Assembly: GCF_963921235.1 (NCBI RefSeq)
Contig: NC_086108.1
Coordinates: 39,062,001 to 39,126,000 of the forward strand
DNA: 64,000 nt
Reading direction: 5' to 3'
Source: Mobula hypostoma
Lineage: Eukaryota
Under the pieces are notes generated by a model. It had not been told where the DNA came from and did not search any database. It saw only the letters and a list, made by a program, of their open reading frames with translations. Position numbers and translations under genes: made by a program. This document shows, piece by piece, positions 35,692-48,800 of this stretch (position 1 is the first letter of the stretch; each line of letters starts with the position of its first letter).

Positions 35692-37390
35692 TTTGCATTT
35701 ACCAGCTTGAATCAGTTACACGGTTTAAATGCTAATACAAAATTATATATTCCTGTTAATGCACTGTATGTGGTACAAAGAGGATACAGAAGTGTTTATC
35801 TTTTTAGACGAGCAGTCATAGGCAAGTGTTGGTACTTCAGTATGGAATGGAAGTATATAATCACAGAATCTGTGCTTCTTTCTCACAATAAGATTTTGAT
35901 CATTAATCCCCAATAAACTTACTAATTTAGCAGTACCACTGTTGATGGCCAAAGACACAGAAAGCAAGTTCAGTCAAATTGGAGGATGTGAATTTCATTG
36001 CTTGTGTTCACTTCACTTGCAAATTGTGTATATATATTTTATTTTTAAAGTGCAGCACATTTCCAATTAGATCGTATGATAGAAGTTGTTCGTTGAAGGG
36101 GGCCAATTTATGTCCATCTGGTGAAATGAAATGGCTGAATTTCATTCATGTTTATTTCAGTGGTTGCACCTGATGTATTTACAATGAATATACTTAACTT
36201 AAAATAAAAGTCATATCTAGTATCAATGCAAATGTAAATTTCTAAAAAGTTGACTTACCAGAATTTAAAAGGAACAATATAATTGTCCGTAATTTGTGTC
36301 TTTTTCAGGTGGGTAATGCAATAGATGCAGTGTAGTTGCAGTAATTCTTATTACTTCCAAATAGAAATCATTATAACATGAACAGGCAGTAAGTTCCTGA
36401 CCCAGTGAAACTCTCAGCAGAACCCTGACATAACCAACCAGTTTCAGAGGCCACATGGACACTGCAAACAAGCTGCTGCCTTGTCCCTGAGGAGACAACC
36501 TTTCAGCAGCCAATGCCATGAAGTAATGGCTCAGAAAACTCAGGCAACTGACTCCAATTATTTCAACAAGGCCTCAAGGCCAAGGAAACAGTCATGGTTT
36601 ATTTATAAACAAGGTGGAAGTTTTGAGAATCCATACAAAAAGTAGCAAAATGAGATGGGTTTACAAGCTGAAGGGCTTTTGACTGGAGTTTGTTTTGCCT
36701 GCTCTTCTGTTCTGCAAAGATGATATCCTGTATATTGTGTAACATTGGACTTACTAACCACACACATATTGACAGCAGGTCCATGTAGAAACAACCTGCT
36801 TGGGAGCCACTGTATGTTGCAAATGATACACTCTGGTTAGCATACGTCTGACAGGATGATGAGAAGCCTCTTGTCAGCTGCAGGCCAGCCAAAGTCTCTA
36901 AGACAAAATGCACGGCCCCAGCTGACTAGTTAAAAAAAGCCTGGTGTGGAACAATTATACAGGCATATGACAAGCCTGCATGGTTGACTGACTTGAAAAC
37001 TGATGACATGGCTTTAAACTGCGATACTGCTTACCTATTGGCACAAAACAGCAATAAGTCAGTTTATACACTGTTGTAAAATCATGATTTATTCTTTGGC
37101 CTTGAATGCAGTATGAGTACTACCTGATGTTCAAAACATCTTCCACAGAGTGTTCGTTCACAGCCAAGACTTAAATGCTTCACACACATCAGCATTCTCA
37201 CTCTTATTGCAGTGAACCAACAAGCTAACCCTGCAAATCTATCTTTTCACTGATTATACCAACCCCTTCAAAATTAAAAAGTGTTTGTAGGGCTCATTTT
37301 TCCTTAACATACGATTCACATTGTCTTTAGCAAAAGAACAAAATAAAAGTGTTTGAAGATTAACTTGAAGCTGCATCATGTCCTGCATTA

Positions 37391-37488
37391 ACAAGAGAAG
37401 AACTACAGATGCTGGAAATCTGGGCATCGCACACAAAATGCTGGAGGAACTCAGCAGGCCAGGCAGCATCGATGGAAAAAAGTATGGC
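37391..37488 (-). mobile_element. Short PLE-derived pLTR insertion with 14-bp TSD
   Basis: acagatgctggaaatc...ctggaggaactcagcaggccaggcagcatc, flanked by catgtcctgcatta at 37377-37390 and 37489-37502. Confidence 0.82.
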
Positions 37489-38299
37489 CATGTCCTGCAT
37501 TATTGCTTAGGTTTAATTTTGTTGAATTCATCTTTCATACATGCTAAATATTTTAACTTAGTCCATAGCAACTCCTGATTCTCAAAATGCCAGATGGTCC
37601 TACCGTTCTCCAACTCCAATATCTACCACTTAGTTAAGTCATGGCCAAACCAGACTTCTCGTCAATTCCTTAGTTTACCCAGCCCTCTTAACACATCGCT
37701 TGATGGTTTAACTAAACTTGATTATATATATACACACACACACACACTAATTAGTCCAATGAGGAACTGTTTTGCACAGGGAGTAGTTAGAATTTTGGCA
37801 CTGAGATAGCTAAGATGAAAAGTAGTTAATGAAAGCAAAGAGATTAACATCTACTGTGGGAGAAAATTTTAGTGATACCATTAGCTGAAGAATTTTGGGA
37901 GTGCTGCTGAGCCGGGGTGCGAGAATGGGGGCACAAAACTGACACGGGTGTGATGAGTCAAAAGCTCCTCTAGTGTGTTCTGAATCCTTTGTGAAGGCTT
38001 CTGACATTACTCAGAAGAGTCATAGAAGAATAACAATAATATTTTCTCAAATGGCTTTAATTCTGGTGTAGGCACAACAGGACGTTCTTACTTTGAGTGT
38101 TTATCATAGGATAATATGTACAATATAATGCTGTTCACTTCTGACCAACATTAAGAGAATACTGAGTGATGGCAATGAGGGTGTCAGCAACTTCTCAATT
38201 TCCCATAAAACCCTATCTGAGAAATATATGTTTTTTTTTGCAACAACATTGGTTTTCTAGCCTTGCTTGCATTAATTTGGGTCATTTTCTATCCTCAAA

Positions 38300-39015
38300 C
38301 TTCTGGTCAAGATGGTGTCGAGCTGCAACGTTCGTTAATGTTGTGCCACCGACTAAATTGCTTGTTTTAGCTTCATAGTGATGCTTTTTAGTAAAATGAG
38401 GGGAGTCAAAGGTCAAGTAAGGGTTAAGAAACAGGGATGAGGAAGAGTTAGAGGTCTAGGGAAGTAAATGAAGAGTCAAGACAGGAGACAGCGTTTGGAG
38501 TCTGTGGTTGAAGGTCAGTGATGCTGGAGGTTGAAGCAGCAGGCACTAAGGAGACCATCGATTCCCAGGTCAGCCAATCCCAGGTCCCAGATTGGAGGTC
38601 CATACGGTTGGGAGTCATGAGGGCTGGTGACCCACCAGGTTGGCGGTCCATGCAAGTCCAGAACTCCAGGCCCAAAGGTCAAACCCATAATTGGTGCGTC
38701 CTAGTTTTGGAGGTCTGATGTCTGTGTGTCCAAGGCCAAGGATTGGAGGCCCAGAGGAAGATTAAACTGGGGTTGGGGGCCTGTCTGTGTGTGTGAGGGT
38801 CATAAAGGGACATGTTTTACTGTTGTTGTCTTGTGTTGCTTTGGTGTTGCTGCTTGTGTTGTTCTATTGAACACTGTGAGCATGCGATGTTGGTGCCGGC
38901 ATGTGTGGCAACAATTGCAGGCTGCTCCCTGCACATCCTTAAGTACGTTAGTTGCTAACACAAATGACACACTTCACTATACATTTCAAGATAAATATGA
39001 TAAATAATTTTGAAT
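38300..39015 (+). mobile_element. Old non-autonomous LINE-derived repeat
   Basis: Starts cttctggtcaagatggtg, has a G/T-rich body and ends ataaataattttgaat. Layout resembles 5745-6632. Confidence 0.4.
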
Positions 39016-41523
39016 ATGATCCAATATTAGTTCCCTTTCCATGTCCAGCATACTTTGAATCATGTTTCAGTTACAGTATTGTTCATTGGAAGTGTCAGTT
39101 TTATTAATTTACATCTCCAACACTTATCCAGAGATGCGAATTGCTCCTGACAAATCATTTTTACTACTATAAATGCAAGAAATGTTGCACTTATTTTAAT
39201 ATCCATTGCAAGTATCATTTCATCAAAGTGATTTTGTGATTCATCATTAAATGATCTCACATACCCTTGTATAACTATTTGGGTTGCAAGTTCTACATTC
39301 TGTCTAATGCTTCACTTAAGCATCTATTCACCTTCTCTGTCTATTTAATTAATGTACTTTCTTATCATTTTCCCTTTATCTTATTAAGGCATGATTTCTA
39401 ACATCAGTCTCCATCTTTCTGTTTCTCTTAGAACTAATGACCCTTCTACCCTTCCATGCCAAATTGCCCTTACCTAGCCCTACTCATCTGTCCTATTTAT
39501 ACTTTTTCTGAGATGCTGCCCTAGACTACTGCAGCAACAGATGTTTCTGATAGTACAGCCACTTAATATCCTAGTACAGGCACCAGTGACCTTTGAGCTG
39601 CAGACAGGTACATTATTTAACTCATATTTTACTAACATCCTTAAACAAAGAGTACAGAAGAAGAAATGCTAATTGAACTTTAAAACAAAATCATCATATG
39701 ATACTTAAAATCCCCAAATAATATCAACAGAAGTATTTAAGTTGATCGTTCATTTTAGTGGTAAATTTATTTTCCTTTTAAAAGGATGAATTTTCTTCAA
39801 CATTATAGTAAAAGATCAATGTGTCCATGATATTGTTCATGTTGTCCAAAACTGTGGCAAGGACAAATACGACAAATATTTAAATTCAACACAACTAATC
39901 TCAACCCTAAAAAAAACTCTCACTTTATTTAAATTGCTATTCAAGAATCCGCAAAGCCATAAATTTCAAATTCTACAGGACAGATATGAGTAACCTCCCA
40001 CAAGGGAAGCCTTGAAGCGCTCAAGCTCTTATCATTCATGTAACCCTGTGGCATCGACAGTAACGAGACAATATCCATGGGATGACATCACACATTGGAC
40101 TCTCTCAATGGCTATAAACCTGTCACACACAGCTAAGTTAAAAGATAACTTTATTGTTGTTAATACTCCCTGAAAAAAAAGTACTGAGAAGAGGGAATAG
40201 TGTGGGAGAGAAGGCAAAATATTTATAAGTACAGTTCTTGAGAAATGATCTTTAAGCAAAACATTCCGTTCACAAGTACGAACAAAAAATAGAATACTGA
40301 TGTTGTAGTAAACCTGAAACAAAGGCCAGGAAATGTAACAAGGGACAAGTAGTAGAGATAACAGACTAAGGGAACCATTTTAAAGCCTTTCACATAATCA
40401 AAAACTGAAGCATTTTTTTGTTTTTGATCCTATTGGCAATTATTGGCATTTTGAAGCACATCTTCACAAAACAATTGCCGAGATAGCTCATTTATATTGC
40501 TTTGCAACTGCCAGATTAAATTTCACCAGCAATGCCCCAAAGAGAAGACAGGAGCATACTGAAAACCTGAGAGACTTGATTGTCATCTACAGAAACAAAG
40601 AGTGGGAACAAATTTGAACAATTTAAAAGTCAGAAAACAACTCTCAACATGAATACAAATGACCAGACATACAAGAGAACAAAAGTTGGAGGTGAAGGGT
40701 TCAAGTGAGTTAACACACGGAGAAGAATACTTCCGAACAAATAATTTACATTTGAATTTGGCCAGATGAAATACTACAAAATGTTGGTGTTGGAGACATT
40801 CAATGGAGTGCATTACGAGTCTGGATCTTCACTCATTTGTGAAGACAATTGCACCATTTTTTTTACAGCAAGTTGAATAATGTACTGTTAATGAAGCACA
40901 AGGCATATCTGGTGCGGAAGGCTTGATTATTTTGGCTGATGAGCAATAGCCGTCTTTGAATTACCCAGGTACTATAAACTGGCATTCAGAATACTTGGCT
41001 CTTCCATCAGGGAGCAAAGCCTTGAAGTATCACAGAAGTAGCTCCTCTTCAGCCACAAAGCACTGGAAGCCTTATTCGAAAACAGTATTATTACATCTTC
41101 CCAAGCTGCTACACAGAAGCTGAAATGAATTTACTTATTATTGCTTGAGGTAACCATTATTATCGTAGCTTTTTGCTTTTTCTCAAGTAGCCTTGACAGT
41201 ATAAGCTCCAAGTGATAATCATGAACACAAAGGCCCAAAGGAATCTTGTACATTGACAAGACAGTTAAATGAGCTCTGTCGAGTCAAAAACCTCTTATCT
41301 CCCAATAACCAGCAGTAATTACTTTATCTGAATATAGCTCAGAAGGCTCTGAATAGGTTGAACTTTTTTTTACATACAAAAGTCAGTCAAAGCCAACTCT
41401 CTCTGACACTGTCCAGTAATGAAAGCGAGGAATAAATCTTTTGTGTGCAGTTGCTATTGAGGTAAAAAGCTGCAATGTTTCTTAACAAAATCCCGTAACC
41501 CATACGGTGACACAAGTACTCAC

Positions 41524-41634
41524 AGTGCTAAGTTTACTGGAGGTAATGATAATGCGTCGTTCATGCAGCATACTGGCATAAAGTTGCAACATATTGTTGA
41601 CACTCACAGCAACAAAATATTCTGTCATATTTCT
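41524..41634 (-). CDS. DENND1B: DENND1B internal coding exon, 111 bp (RNMTEYFVAVSVNNMLQLYASMLHERRIIITSSKLST)
   Basis: tattgcag|AGA AAT ATG...AGC ACT|gtgagt; 37 codons of DENN core. LQLYASMLHERRI is DENND1B-like rather than DENND1A-like (recalled as LHLYASMLYERRI). Confidence 0.95.
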
Positions 41635-41864
41635 CTGCAATATAAATGCAAAACTGATTATGAGAGAATTCTGTAATGAAAGATAAAAGAGCTGCATTTG
41701 AATATCTCGTTGCTTGAATTAAAAATGTTGGAACATTTTTATAGGCAAATAAGCTTTGATTAAATACTGCTCAATATTTATAAATGAAAAACATCTTCAT
41801 TAGTTTTACTTTTATCTTTTACTACAAAATTAAGCCACAAAGCATCATTTCTGAATCGACAATC

Positions 41865-42385
41865 ACAAAGTCATAAAGTTGCACAGAATATAAACAGTAC
41901 CTTCGGCCCATCATGTCTTTGCCAAGCTTTTTGCACAACTGCACTAACCCCATTTGCCCGCATTAAGACCATGTTCTTCTATGCCTTGTTTATTTAAATA
42001 TGTGTCTAAGTACTTCATAAATGTAGTAAATATATCCAATTCTATCATCTCCTCTGGCACAGCAATGTAGATATCAACCATTCTGGAAAAAATGTATCCC
42101 AAGATCTCATTTTAATCTCTTTCGTCTCACCTTAAACCTTTGCTCCATTGTTTTTGATACTCCAACCATGCAAAAATGTTGTTGACCATTTATGGCTCTC
42201 ATATATTTCTGTCAGGTCACCTCTCAGCCTCCTTTGCTCGAGGGAAAACAAGCCCATCCAGTCTCTGCATAACAACTAAAAGTCTTGCAATCCAGGTAAC
42301 ATTCTAGTGAATCTTCTTCATTCTGTCTAGTTCAACCATATCCTTTCTATAGTGTGGAGACCATTACTGTAAAGTGTGGCTTAAC
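41865..42385 (-). mobile_element. Old CR1 LINE 3' fragment
   Basis: Resembles 32517-33070 (cttcggcccatc, tcacctctcagcctcctttgctc, tccaggtaacattctagtgaatct). Confidence 0.6.
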
Positions 42386-43325
42386 CATTAATAACTAAGC
42401 TACAGTAGCCAGACATGAAAATGGATCTCACCATCAGAATTAAGGATTTTAGTTCAAATAATTTTAAAAATTTTGAAATGACAAGTATTTAGCAGCACAA
42501 ATGATGAAACAACTGGACTGTCATCAAAAACCCTTCAGATTCTCATATTGTCCTTTAGCAAAAAACATCTCACATCTTCAGCAGGTCTGGCCTATTTACA
42601 ACCCCAAACCCATGCTGCTGATGACTTCTAACTTCCCTAAGAAACAGCCAGCAAGCCAGTTTAGGAGCATTTGGAGATAGAAATAAATACCAGCCTTGTC
42701 AATGGTGTTATATGTTATGGTTATTGGAGAAATTGAATTTTGGCATCTATTGTGCATGGCTTCATGAAAGCCAGTTTCCTAGTTTCATTCTGATGGCAGA
42801 AACTAAAGTAGGGCACATCTCCAAGGCTTTCAGCAAATCTTCTGCACATTTTCGCTGATACAAGCCTGCTGTTTAATTAGGTCACTAGTCCCTCAACATT
42901 TCAGCTCTGTTTTTCTTGAGGATTAATTGGGAATTTACGAGGGTGCTGCCTGAACTACAGGGCCTGAATTACAGGGAGAGATGAACACATTGGATTCTTA
43001 ATCTACTGATTGTAAGAGAATGAGAAGTGACCTCATAGAAGTTTATAAATTCATGATGGATACAGATAAGTTGGACAGTCATAGTCTTTTCCCAAATGTT
43101 GGGGAGTCCAAAACTAGAGGGCACAGATATAAGATAAGAGGTGAGAGATTTAAGAGACCTGAGAGGTAACTTCTTTACATGGAAAGTTATGGGTTAAACC
43201 TGGGCAATTGGGACTAGCAGGGAGGGTGCTGTGGTCACCATAGACCAGTTGGGCCATGTTACTCTACAACTAACATGAAAACTAACATCATTATAAGTCC
43301 CAATCTAGTGTATTTGCTGCGTGTA

Positions 43326-44455
43326 CAGTGGCATGCAAATGTTGGGCACCCTTGGTCAAAATTTCTGTTACTGTGAATAGCTAAGCCAGTAAAAGATGAA
43401 CTGATTTCCAGAAGGCATAAAGTTAAAGATGACACATTTCTTTAATATCTTAAGCAAGAAAACTTATTTATTTCCATCTTTTACAGTTTCAAAATAACAA
43501 AAAAGGAAAAGGGCCCGAAGCAAATATTTGGGCACCCTGCATGGCAGTACTTAGTAACACCTCCTTTGGCAAGTATCACAGCTTGTTCTAATCAACAAGT
43601 TCTATTCAAAAGGTTCAAAGGAACATCTAAACAAGCCTGATGCATTTTGGAAACAAGTCCTGTGGACTGATGAAGTTAAAATAGAACTGTTTGGCCGCAA
43701 TGAGCAAAGGTATGTTTGGAGAAAAAAGGGTGTAGAATTTCATGAAAAGAACCCCTCTCCAACTGTTAAGCACGAGGGTAGATCAAGCATGCTTTGGGCT
43801 TGTGTTGCAGCCAGTGGCACGGGGAACATTTACTGGTAGAGGGAAGAATGATTTCAATTAAATACCAGCAAATTTTGGAACCAAACATCACACCGTCTGT
43901 AAAAAAAAAGCTGAAGATGAAAAGAGGATGGCTTCTACAACAGGATAATGATCCTAAACACACCTCAGAATCCACAATGGACTACCTCAAGAGGCGCACG
44001 CTGAAGGTTTTGCCATGGCCCTCACAGTCCCCTGACCTAAGCATCATCAAAAATCTGTGGATAGACCTCAAAAGAGCAGTGCATGCAAGACAGCCCAAGA
44101 ATCTCACAGAACAAGAAGCCTTTTGCAAGGAAGAATGGGCAAAAATTCCCCAAACAAGAATTGAGAGACTCCTAGCTGGCTACAAAAAGCGTTTACGAGC
44201 TGTGATACTTGCCAAAGGGGGTGTAGCTAAGTACTGCCATACAGGGTGCCCAAACTTTTGCTTTAGGCCCTTTTCCTTTTTTGTTATTTTGAAACTGTAA
44301 AAGATGGAAATAAAGAAGTTTTTTTGCTTAAAATATTAAAGAAATGTGTCATCTTTAACTTTATGCCTTTTGGAAATCAGTTCATCTTTTACTCGCTTAG
44401 CTATTCACAGTAACAGAAATTTTGACCGGGGTACCCCAACTTTTGCATGCTACTC
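43326..44455 (+). mobile_element. Tc1-family element, internally deleted
   Basis: TA|CAGTGGCATGCAAA...TTTGCATGCTACTC|TA. Inverted repeats of ~260 bp overlap the transposase 3' end. Catalytic motifs VLWTDE, LQQDNDPKHTS and WPSQSPDLSIIKNLW are present; most of the N-terminal domain is missing. Confidence 0.92.
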
Positions 44456-44941
44456 TATGCCTTTTTCTTAGATTAAATAGAAACGGCATTATAATGAAGC
44501 TGAAACTGCACAATCCTCTTGCTGTTCCACACAACTAGTTTTTCCACATCGAGACTGAATTGGATCAAATCGATTATAACATATGCATGTATGGTAAACA
44601 AACATTTATTACATTTAAACCATAATTCAACGAACTACCTATTTGAATAGAGAACCTTAATAAATTTGATTTTAACATTTAAAAAGTTTAATTAATTTTG
44701 CTCAAGAACCAATAAAAACATTTATCGGGCCATTTGTTATATTTAGACCTCATGCCCTAAAGACAGAGAGATAAATGTGTGGCAGTTGTGCGAATTACAT
44801 ATACAGAAGTTAACTCTCAATCACTGGGTTCTAATTTACAATGTTTTGACACTGAGAACTGTTGTGAAAAATAACCAAGATTCCCTCCATGAAATGGGAA
44901 ACCAGAGAAGTAAAGGTTGTTCTTGTTCTTATTGCACTTAC

Positions 44942-44995
44942 ACTTTCAGGAATTGTAGGCAGTCCATTTGTATCGGGCGTGATGAAGTATGAATG
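44942..44995 (-). CDS. DENND1B: DENND1B internal coding exon, 54 bp (HSYFITPDTNGLPTIPES)
   Basis: Minus strand reads ttttcttcatgtag|CAT TCA TAC...GAA AGT|gtaagt. The 18 codons resemble vertebrate DENND1B HSYFIAPDVTGLPTIPES. Phase 0/0 and joins the next exon in frame. Not in the ORF track. Confidence 0.93.
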
Positions 44996-45586
44996 CTACA
45001 TGAAGAAAAAGATAAAACTATTATTCAAATTGCACCTAAACTTAAGCAAAACAAGGAAGGAAAATATGAAATGGATTCCAAGTATTCACTGCAAAACATA
45101 AGCTTTTTTGGCTATCTGTGACAATTTGTTTTAATGTAACATCACTAAACTTTCCAAAGTGCATAAGCAGAAGTATAATCAAATGAACCATCAACCAAAT
45201 TTTATGCTAAGCCAGAGGGAGAGATACCAGGATGGATTAAATTGAAGAGGGAGATTCTAAAGAATACTGTGAAGGAGGAGAGAGTGGGAGAAAAGCAGAG
45301 GATTTTTAGAGGGAATTCCAGAGCTTTGAGTCAAGGTTGCTGAAAACATTGGATACAAATGGTGGAACAATTAAAGTCAGGATGTTGGAACTGGAGGATA
45401 GAGAGATCAAAAAGATTCAGAAGACTGGATGTCTGCAGAGAATTTCAGGGTGTGGAAGATGAGATCTTGTATGGATTTGTAAACAAGAATGAGGAGCTTA
45501 AAACAGAAGTCTTGTTGGAGTACATCAGTAAGAATTCATTTTGATTGAATGAAATTTGGAGAAAGTCCTTTTGGGTGAGCAGAAGT

Positions 45587-45852
45587 TTATTTTTTTATTG
45601 AGATACAGTGCAGAATAAGCCCTTCTGGCCCTTTGAGCCACGCCGACCGGCAATCCCCCAATTTAATCCTAGCCTAATCACAATTTATAATGACCGATTA
45701 ACTCTACCAACCGGTACATCATTGGACTGTGGGAGGAAACCCACGCAGTCATGGGGGGAACATACAAACTCCTTACAGGCAGCAACAGGAATTGAACCCT
45801 CGTCGCCTGCACTGTAAAGTGTTGTGCTAACCACTATGCTACCGTGCCACCA
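45587..45852 (-). mobile_element. V-SINE (HE1-like) with tRNA head and CR1-type tail
   Basis: Minus strand: ggcacggtagcatagtggttagcac (A box), gggttcaattcc (B box), gagtttgtatgttc...gcgtgggtttcctcccacagtcc (V-domain-like), tail ctgcactgtatctcaataaa. Confidence 0.8.
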
Positions 45853-48800
45853 CAATTTGTAGGTAGTTGCTGTGAAGCTGGCGAAGGGGGTGGTGTACAG
45901 ATGTGGAGTATGGAGGAGGATTCCAACAACTGCTGAGCCAAAGGTGGAGATGAAGGTAGGCAACAGAACAAGTTGGAAGCAAGTCGTTTCACTGATGAGG
46001 CAAAAGTGAAGATGACAAGTCAGCTCTACAAATGTGAAATCCAAGGCAATGCTTCAGTTTCCCTAACTTAGGTAAGCATTACGACAAGTCTGAGATCTGG
46101 GAATGGTCCACAAAAGTCTTTGTGGAGTACAGCACAGAAGCAGCAGCAGACATCCTCTCAAATACAAGGGGGTCAGGGGTGAGCCTTTAGGAATCTACAG
46201 AAGTGACAGTGAAGGAACAGTAAAATGGATCACTGCGGGTTAGTCATTGGTTAGGTTTCAATAGAGAAAAACAAAAACAGATACATGGGTGAAGGACAAT
46301 GTATTGGTCATTTGAGTTGAAGGCTGCAGACTGGTTAAAAAATAATGGAAGGTAGGAGCTTAACATAACACAGGCTTTTATAGCTTAATTGTGAACCTGT
46401 CCAACCTAACCTCACTGTTTCCTCAATGCATGCACTTTCAACATCCACCTATTATTCCTGTCCCTTCACCATTCACTTATGTCCTGTAGAACTTAACCTC
46501 ATTGTACCTCCAAAGAGAGGATGATTGTTCAATGCCACCCCTCTGTTTTACCACCAGGACCATGCTCCTTTCCACCAAGTTATTCAGCTGGACCCCACAG
46601 GAAAATATCTGTTAGGCCTTGAGGAGATCATGGGACCATTCAGCCTGCAAACCTTTGGGCTCTAGGACAGGGCTTTCAGGTTTGATCATCCCAAACAAAT
46701 AGGTGGTCATCCTAAAACTAAATCCGACACCAGGAAGACAGCATGTTGGCTACCTTTTCTAATACGTGATTTGGACTCACATCACCATATCAATGCTGAC
46801 TGAGAGTGCAGATAGGTGTTGGAAGTGGTGACCTCCTCTGCAACACATACAGTCCAAGTGTCGTGTCCTCCTAGGACTGAACAATGCACACTTAACTAAC
46901 TGGCAATTGAAATCTTAGCTTCAATGTATTTTAAATGCAAGTCAATGAAAGGTAGAGGTAAGCCAGAATTATCTGAAAATTCCTGCCTGATATTTTAAGA
47001 AACATTACAGTGAAATATAAGCACTATAAAAATGGAACATAAAGTATCATAAAAACTCAACAGGTGAGGCAGTATTTTATAAAAGTTGTCTCACTCCATA
47101 TATGTTGTTGAGTACTGAGTATCCCCCAGAATTTTGAATTATATTGTAAAATACTGAAAATCCTACAACTCTGAATTTGGTTTGCTGAACACAAATAGGA
47201 GATTGCATGCAGGAATTTCATAATTACCACATTAGCAGAATGAACATGGCTTTCAATGGCAAATACTTTGGGTTTGTTGGTCACTTTTATTTAGATTTTA
47301 CTATGTACAGTGGAACACTATGGCATACTTACCATCAACAAACCCAAGAAACTCCCTTCACCAAAAACAATTAAATCACACAAATTAGCTCCACTAATTG
47401 TAATAATCACACACACCAAAATAAAAAGGTTGAGAATTGAATTCCCCACTGCATCCTCCATTCACTAATGTAACTCAAGATCTGCTATTGGCTGATGTAA
47501 ACAGCTGTTACAATTGCACATCTTGTTGGCAATTGTAATATGTTCACAATCTTCTCACAGCAGACTTCTTTCAAAAGCTTTGCAGTATTAATTTGAAATA
47601 GATTAATTCAGGCCTCAAAGTTGTTGGTGGCTTTCCCTGACAAACAAAACACACTTAGGGGTAGAAATTTATCCCCAGTTTACTTACTAATTACATTCAT
47701 TAATGTACACATTTAGTCAGGACTGTCCTCTTCTGAAACATGCCTTTGATAGTTTCGATGGACATAAATTTCTGTAGTCACTTCTATTTTCAATGACTCT
47801 CCACTCTCATTCAAGCTTAATTGCAGATAATTCCGCTCTGGCTTTGCACCTCATATTTAAACTTTCAAATATAAGATCATAACTTGTGTCAGCATTTATT
47901 ACAGACCATTTATTCATGCACCAGTAATTATAATAAATACCAATTATTTCAACTATTAGTTGTCCATTAAAAACTTGAGAAGTGGAAAAATGGAAGAGTG
48001 CAATAAAGCTGATCATCACAGAAAAAAATGATTGATTAATTAATGCTTATAAATCAAGTAGACCCAATGCCAAAGCGGAGAATATTGAAAATGATTGGAA
48101 TTCTTCTGTTAGTCAGCCAACCAAAAGGACACCCTTCTGAACTTTTCAAGTTGGGGAAATGGTCAATTCAATAACATGCATTAAACAGGTTGGCAATTTT
48201 TTTTTAAAATATGAAGTTGACGCCAAACGTTTGATTAACATAGAGGAGGCGTTTCATCACAGATTTCCAGTTATCCAAGCCAAAGAAGCAATAATTTAAA
48301 ATAAAGGAGGATTTCCAATTGGTAGCAATAATCAAAGAACATCCAAAAATAAGGATAAAGATGCAGTCAGAACAAAGCTACCTCATCCAGTATTTTCAGG
48401 TAAGCAATCACATTTGAATTAAGGATATGTTGGTGATTTTACTAACTCACTACTATTAATCAAGCACCCATTACCTGGCATGCACTGATATTTTCTACAA
48501 GGCAGGCCAAACTAACAAATTACCTTGATTGAAATTTAATTGGATAGATTATTTTAAATATGACTCTCAAGCTTTAAACTCACCAAAATCTGATTTGGCA
48601 TATTTTTCAGTTGTCCACTTCTAATGCATACCTGCTCATTCTGTTACATATGAAAAAAAATTCAGCATTTTTCAGCATTTGATGAGCTGGCAGAGTCAAA
48701 TTTAAACAGCTCCATACGACTTCTGATGAAAAGCAAAGCATTCAGGATAGACATACATCACCTCCTTCCCTACCAGTATTCATTTTCTCGCTTTATGTGG

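Noticed and set aside
2492..44995. Assignment to DENND1A or DENND1C, or presence of U12-type introns
   Set aside because: Residues such as LQLYASMLHERRI, KKQSTATGDG and YRDALRYKP fit DENND1B as I recall it; a phylogeny would confirm. All six donors are U2-type (gtaagt, gtgagt, gtaagg).
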